DNA from: a virus
Taxonomy: Duplodnaviria > Caudoviricetes
Reading direction: 5' to 3' (one strand)
DNA length: 30,529 bases
IMG/VR virus record: IMGVR_UViG_3300048886_000738
Location: 1 to 30,529 of that record
Shown: piece after piece, positions 26,052 through 30,529 of the stretch
How positions within the stretch are numbered: the first letter of the stretch is position 1
Layout: each line of letters begins with the position of its first letter
The notes under the pieces: model-generated
Databases searched by the model: none
Told to the model about the DNA's origin: nothing
What the model saw: only the letters and a program-made list of their open reading frames with translations
Made by a program: the position numbers and the translations under genes

Positions 26052-26698
26052 CTGTTCCACATCCGGCAAAGTTCGGACGTAAGCATCTGAACGAAATTGT
26101 TTCCATACTCGGAAACGATTCTGAACTAACCGTTTTAGATCCATTCGCCGGAGTTGGGACAATACACGATTTGCCTTATTTCACCCGCGGGGTCGAATTG
26201 GAACCGGAATGGGCAGAACAACATCCTCTAACGGTTGTGGGAAGCGCCCTCAGAACTGGTTTTGACTCTGACGTTTTCGACGCTGTTGTCACTTCACCCT
26301 GTTTCGGAAATCGTATGGCAGACAACTTTGAAGCAAAAGATGACAGTAAGCGTCACACCTACCGACACTATCTAGGAAGATCTCCATCGGAGGGAAGTGC
26401 TGCCGTAATGCAATGGGGCGAAGATTACAAACACTTTCACACAGAAGCATGGTTAGAGGCTAAACGAGTTCTCAAACCTAGTGGAATGTTGATCATCAAC
26501 ATCAAAGACCATATCCGTGATGGGAAGATTCAGAACGTTACTAAATGGCACACCGATACTTGTGCCAACATAGGTTTTAAACAAACGGACACAATCATCA
26601 TTCCGACATCCGGGCTGACCCACGGGGAAAACTTCAACCAGCGAATTCCTCATGAATCCTTGTTGGTTTTTGAAAAGCCAGAACCTTTTGTTTCCTAA
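26048..26698 (+). CDS. DNA amino-methyltransferase (N4-C/N6-A family)
   Basis: HPAKF (motif X), LDPFAGVGT (motif I), VTSPCF (motif IV variant), EAKRVLKPSG. Confidence 0.8.
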   Translation: MTVPHPAKFGRKHLNEIVSILGNDSELTVLDPFAGVGTIHDLPYFTRGVELEPEWAEQHPLTVVGSALRTGFDSDVFDAVVTSPCFGNRMADNFEAKDDSKRHTYRHYLGRSPSEGSAAVMQWGEDYKHFHTEAWLEAKRVLKPSGMLIINIKDHIRDGKIQNVTKWHTDTCANIGFKQTDTIIIPTSGLTHGENFNQRIPHESLLVFEKPEPFVS

Positions 26699-26726
26699 AT
26701 AGTCGTTGACCCGATAAAATGAGATC

Positions 26727-27080
26727 ATGAGCAGACATTCCATGAGAGCAAAGATCCGGCATAAGAATAAAGATATCCACTTGGGGTATTATGCCTCAAA
26801 GGCTCAGGCCATGGCAGCGCAAGAGGCTGCCCACACTGCTTTGGATAAATGGGAAGAACTCAACCCTCCTCCACCGCCCATCAAGCGCAAAATGCCATCG
26901 ATCGCTACGTTGATCCGTTTCATCAATGCAGGAACCTACGATCTTGTTATTGAAGAGTTGGCCGAAACCGCTGCGGGTCGGTATCACCTAATCAAAAGAC
27001 ATAACTATAAAAGGGGAGAGTTCCCTAGCGGCGTTTCTTCTCTAGGTCGTACCACGCGAGAAGTACAATCCCGGCGCTAA
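26727..27080 (+). CDS. AP2-like DNA-binding domain protein
   Basis: RAKIRHKNKDIHLGYYASKAQAMAAQEAA. Confidence 0.65.
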   Translation: MSRHSMRAKIRHKNKDIHLGYYASKAQAMAAQEAAHTALDKWEELNPPPPPIKRKMPSIATLIRFINAGTYDLVIEELAETAAGRYHLIKRHNYKRGEFPSGVSSLGRTTREVQSRR

Positions 27081-27092
27081 TAAACATAGCGC

Positions 27093-27239
27093 CTAGTCCG
27101 ATCCACTTGATAATAATCCACACCACTTCTTAACCGTCTCTATCTTTAATTTAAGTTTAAACGCTATTGCTTCTACAGATATGCCGCTCTCATACATAGA
27201 GCGAACAAGGTCTGAGAAGCGGTAGGGCTTATATGCCAT
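27093..27239 (-). CDS. Small helix-turn-helix protein (48 aa)
   Basis: Manual translation MAYKPYRFSDLVRSMYESGISVEAIAFKLKLKIETVKKWCGLLSSGSD (G.S...IA..L......V..W); below ORF track cutoff. Confidence 0.65.
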   Translation of the reverse strand: MAYKPYRFSDLVRSMYESGISVEAIAFKLKLKIETVKKWCGLLSSGSD

Positions 27240-27268
27240 TTGTATATTATCACCATATCTGCTATACT
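27240..27268 (+). promoter_or_regulatory. Putative promoter of deacetylase/GHKL unit
   Basis: TTGTAT, 17-bp spacer, TATACT with TGn extension. Confidence 0.55.
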
Positions 27269-27350
27269 ATGTAGGAAGAAAAGTACGAAAAGTGATAAAA
27301 AAGGAATGTTTATACGCCTTGGTCACTTAGAGAGAGGAATATTAACTTAT

Positions 27351-28361
27351 ATGACTGTTTTTTGGGACAGAGGTTACATCGCAGCCGAACACGCGTTCGA
27401 TACGACTCGTAAAAGCGAGTTGGTTGCAAACCTCATCAAGAAGAACAAATTTGATGGACTGAACAACGGCATAGTCCTAAACGCGCCTCGTGACGAATTT
27501 ATAGAAGAAGCAGAAAAACTCATCGCGTTGCTACATGACGAATCTTATGTTCATGCTTTACAAACCGGTGAGCCTGTTTCATTGGCTTCGTCCAATGGAT
27601 TCCAATGGGATCCGGGTATCTGGACAATGGCCGTCCACAGCACCGCCGGTATTTTGAACGCCGTCCATGATGCCACATACGGTTCCTTCAATCGTCAACA
27701 AATCGGTGCCTGCCACGGAAGCCTGTCTTCCGGACTACACCACGCAGACCATCAAAGCGGCACGGGTTTCTGTACCGTAAACGGTCTTGGTGTTGCTGCT
27801 TGGTACGCCAATAAGACATGGGGATGCCGACGAGTGCTGATCCTTGACTTCGACGCGCATTGCGGCGGAGGCACGGCGAGATTTATCGAAGCAAACCAAA
27901 TGGACTGGGTTGACCAGATAGATCTAAGCACAAATCTGTTCGATGGCTACGAGCCGAACAACAGGCGTCAACTGTATGTCGAAAACGAAGAGGATGCGTA
28001 CTTGGATAAAGTGCGAGACATTCTGAACGATGTCACATGGGACGACTACGACCTTGTGTTGTACAACGCCGGAATCGACCCGCATCCGCAGGTTTCGATC
28101 AAGGGATTGGCAATACGGGATCGTCTCGTTTTCAATCGTGTTTCTGGTGAAAACATACCTTGTGTGTACGTCCTCGCAGGAGGTTACACATGGTCATATG
28201 GCGATCTTGAAATAGTTGCACATACGCATTACAACACGGTGTTGGCCGGGGAGCGGCTACTTGAACCTTCCCGGCTTTCATCGGCGGAAATATACATTCC
28301 AAATACCGATGCGATGGACTTCGATGGCGAAATCTCATTTGCGTCCTCACAGGAGATATGA
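27351..28361 (+). CDS. Histone deacetylase-family (HDAC/AcuC-like) Zn-dependent amidohydrolase
   Basis: LLHDESYV, GLHHA, GFCTVN, RVLILDFDAHCGGGT, YNAGIDPH, VLAGGY; ATG 27351 after SD AGAGG. Confidence 0.9.
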   Translation: MTVFWDRGYIAAEHAFDTTRKSELVANLIKKNKFDGLNNGIVLNAPRDEFIEEAEKLIALLHDESYVHALQTGEPVSLASSNGFQWDPGIWTMAVHSTAGILNAVHDATYGSFNRQQIGACHGSLSSGLHHADHQSGTGFCTVNGLGVAAWYANKTWGCRRVLILDFDAHCGGGTARFIEANQMDWVDQIDLSTNLFDGYEPNNRRQLYVENEEDAYLDKVRDILNDVTWDDYDLVLYNAGIDPHPQVSIKGLAIRDRLVFNRVSGENIPCVYVLAGGYTWSYGDLEIVAHTHYNTVLAGERLLEPSRLSSAEIYIPNTDAMDFDGEISFASSQEI

Positions 28362-28421
28362 TAGGATAGTTCTATCTAAGCAATGTGCTTATTAATCTAA
28401 TGTCCCGAGAAAGGGCACAAA

Positions 28422-29858
28422 GTGACGAAGATCACCAAACGCGACCAGTGGGTCGTTGTCAGCATGGACGGTTTCGGACAGTTGATGGCATCCCGACCAA
28501 AGGTCGCAGTTCTATATGACCTCATCCAGAACGCCATTGACGAAGATGTCGCGACCGTTGATGTCAAGTTGGAATCCATCCCCGGACGCCGGGGACGGGC
28601 ACGCCTCACAGTAGAGGACGACAGTCCGGAAGGATTCGCAGACCTCACCGATGCATACACAATGTACAAGGCATCCAAGAAGAAGAACGACCCAACCAAG
28701 CGTGGTCGATTCAACGAAGGTGAGAAGTTCGTACTGTCACAGTGTGACGAAGCGACAATTACCACCACAACTGGCACCGTCACGTTCAACGACGATGGGC
28801 GTAAAACCTCAAGAGCAACGCGTCCGTGCGGCTCCGTCTTCGACGGGGTTGTTCGATGGACGCAAGATGATGTAGAGGAAGTTCTCAAAGCGGTCCAACA
28901 ATTGTTGGTACCCGAAGGAGTGACCGTCACCATCAATGGTTCTGTCATGGTTGGTCGCGAGCCAATCAAACGGATCATGGGCATCACCTTGCCCACCATC
29001 CGTGAATCAGAAAACGGAGTGCTTAAGCACACCAGTCGCAGTACCTGCGTGGACGTTGTGCGACGGGTAGAAGGGGAGGTGCCCCACCTTTATGAGATGG
29101 GCATTCCTGTTGTGGAGATCGATACGCCATGGCATATCAATGTGGACCAGAAGGTTCCATTGAACCGTGACCGTGACAACGTGACACCTGCCTATAGGCG
29201 GACGTTGCTTGGTGCGGTGTTGGAAGAGACACACAGCCTGTTGGACGAGGAAGAGACATCAGCGGTGTGGGTAACCGACGCAATTCCGGCTGCCAATGAG
29301 GACACGATCAAGAGTGTTATGAACACCCGTCACGGAGAGGGCTGGGTTATCGGTACTCCCGGTGATCGGGAAGCCGACAAGAACGCCATCGCCCACGGAT
29401 ATCAGGTTGTCAATGGTGGTTCCTATACCAAAGATGTTTGGACAGCGGTCAGAGAAACCGAAGCAGCCGTATCGTCGGCTACCGATTACTCCTTGAGGCC
29501 GAAGGGCAACGTCTCCGATCCGAAATTGGCTACGGGGTGGAAAGCCGAACAGATCAAAAAGTATTGCGAGAAGGCTGTTCGACATCTCCTTGGCAAAGAC
29601 ATGAGGATTGAGGTTTATGACGACGGACGACTTGTCGCCGGTCTGCACAATCCATCTCGCATTTTAATCAACCTCGCCCACATGCAAAGAAGCACCACCG
29701 AATGGTTAAACCTACAATTGGACGATCTTCTTATTCATGAGTGCGCCCACGAAGAGAGTGGTGACCACCTGACCATGAGATACATCCATGCCTGCACCCG
29801 ACTGGGAGCAAAGTTTAGGACATTTGACTTGAAGTTGAAGTTGGAGGAACCGGCATGA
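28422..29858 (+). CDS. GHKL (HATPase_c) ATPase-domain protein with C-terminal HExxH zincin-like motif
   Basis: DLIQNAIDE, VEDDSPEGF, RGRFNEGEK, GSVF; C-terminal LLIHECAHEE...H; SD GAAAGGG. Confidence 0.75.
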   Translation: MTKITKRDQWVVVSMDGFGQLMASRPKVAVLYDLIQNAIDEDVATVDVKLESIPGRRGRARLTVEDDSPEGFADLTDAYTMYKASKKKNDPTKRGRFNEGEKFVLSQCDEATITTTTGTVTFNDDGRKTSRATRPCGSVFDGVVRWTQDDVEEVLKAVQQLLVPEGVTVTINGSVMVGREPIKRIMGITLPTIRESENGVLKHTSRSTCVDVVRRVEGEVPHLYEMGIPVVEIDTPWHINVDQKVPLNRDRDNVTPAYRRTLLGAVLEETHSLLDEEETSAVWVTDAIPAANEDTIKSVMNTRHGEGWVIGTPGDREADKNAIAHGYQVVNGGSYTKDVWTAVRETEAAVSSATDYSLRPKGNVSDPKLATGWKAEQIKKYCEKAVRHLLGKDMRIEVYDDGRLVAGLHNPSRILINLAHMQRSTTEWLNLQLDDLLIHECAHEESGDHLTMRYIHACTRLGAKFRTFDLKLKLEEPA

Positions 29859-30529
29859 GTAAGAAGAGGAAGATAAAAGACCTTAATCAGATTTACACCG
29901 AAGAGGGAGCCGAAAGTAGAGCAGCGCATACCTCAACTGACTTTTCTGCTGATGAACTTGACCAGTTTTGGTTCAGGGCGCAGAGTAATGCTATGGCATC
30001 CGGAGAGGGGATGACAGACGGACGACTTGTGGGCGAACACATATACGATCCAGATGCTTACATAAATAGCAACCGTGTTGTTCAAGCAGTATCCCTTCTT
30101 GCCGATAGGCATCTTTTTAACGACAATCGAAGAGGGTCGATGGGTGCAAAGTTTGATGTTGCAGATGAATTTGAAAACAACTTCTTAGGTGTTCCAAGAG
30201 TCAATGCCCAAAAAGAAACTTGGGACAAAATAAAAAAAGAGAAGTCTCAGGGACCGCATATTTCTGGACTTGCTGAACGCCCCCCAGTGAACCCATTGCT
30301 GTCACCTGACTGGGCAGCAGGGTTAGACGGATATGTCAAAGATGGACTTAGGGACTTGGGATTCGCAATTGGTGATCACGGACTTCCATTACTCACCAAA
30401 GCCAAGGGCGCAGATTTTGCTACCAAAACTCACAATGACGTAATCAATTACTACTTGCGTCAGGCCACAGCAAAAGACCAGATCATTGACGAGTTTCTTT
30501 CAAGTGAAACTGCTGCTTTTGCTTTGGAT
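29855..30529 (+). CDS. Hypothetical protein, truncated at window edge
   Basis: ATGA-coupled with SD GGAGG; open for 225 codons to the end (MSKKRKIKDLNQIYTEEG...). Confidence 0.75.
   Translation, partial: MSKKRKIKDLNQIYTEEGAESRAAHTSTDFSADELDQFWFRAQSNAMASGEGMTDGRLVGEHIYDPDAYINSNRVVQAVSLLADRHLFNDNRRGSMGAKFDVADEFENNFLGVPRVNAQKETWDKIKKEKSQGPHISGLAERPPVNPLLSPDWAAGLDGYVKDGLRDLGFAIGDHGLPLLTKAKGADFATKTHNDVINYYLRQATAKDQIIDEFLSSETAAFALD

Noticed and set aside
28397-29648. Long antisense ORFs (28397-29032, 29007-29234, 29259-29648)
   Set aside because: They are shadow frames of the GHKL gene with no motifs of their own

Overview
A ~30.5 kb segment of a tailed dsDNA phage genome, most likely infecting Actinomycetota. 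The host inference rests on a WhiB regulator, a Gram-positive-type LexA box and probable leaderless promoters. Left to right: (1) a portal gene running off the left edge, divergent from a large terminase; (2) a ~290-nt highly base-paired non-coding region and an SOS box ahead of a recombination operon (Rad52/Sak-like annealase, Fe-S PD-(D/E)xK nuclease, NinG-like nuclease) that also holds a glycosyltransferase and a ParB-like protein, followed by SSB; (3) a putative modification cluster (2OG-Fe(II) oxygenase, IbrA-like PAPS-reductase/IbrB-like ParB pair, two SAM methyltransferases); (4) a double-HARP SNF2 helicase and a DUF932 protein; (5) WhiB and a primase-helicase/loader/initiator module; (6) four tRNAs (Leu-UAA, Lys-UUU, Glu-UUC, Gln-UUG); (7) an M6-peptidase/PG-binding/transglycosylase fusion, a DNA amino-methyltransferase, AP2 and HTH proteins; (8) a histone-deacetylase-family enzyme followed by a GHKL ATPase with a C-terminal HExxH motif. 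No CRISPR array, rRNA, integrase or IS element was seen. All family calls come from motif recognition by eye, not database searches.
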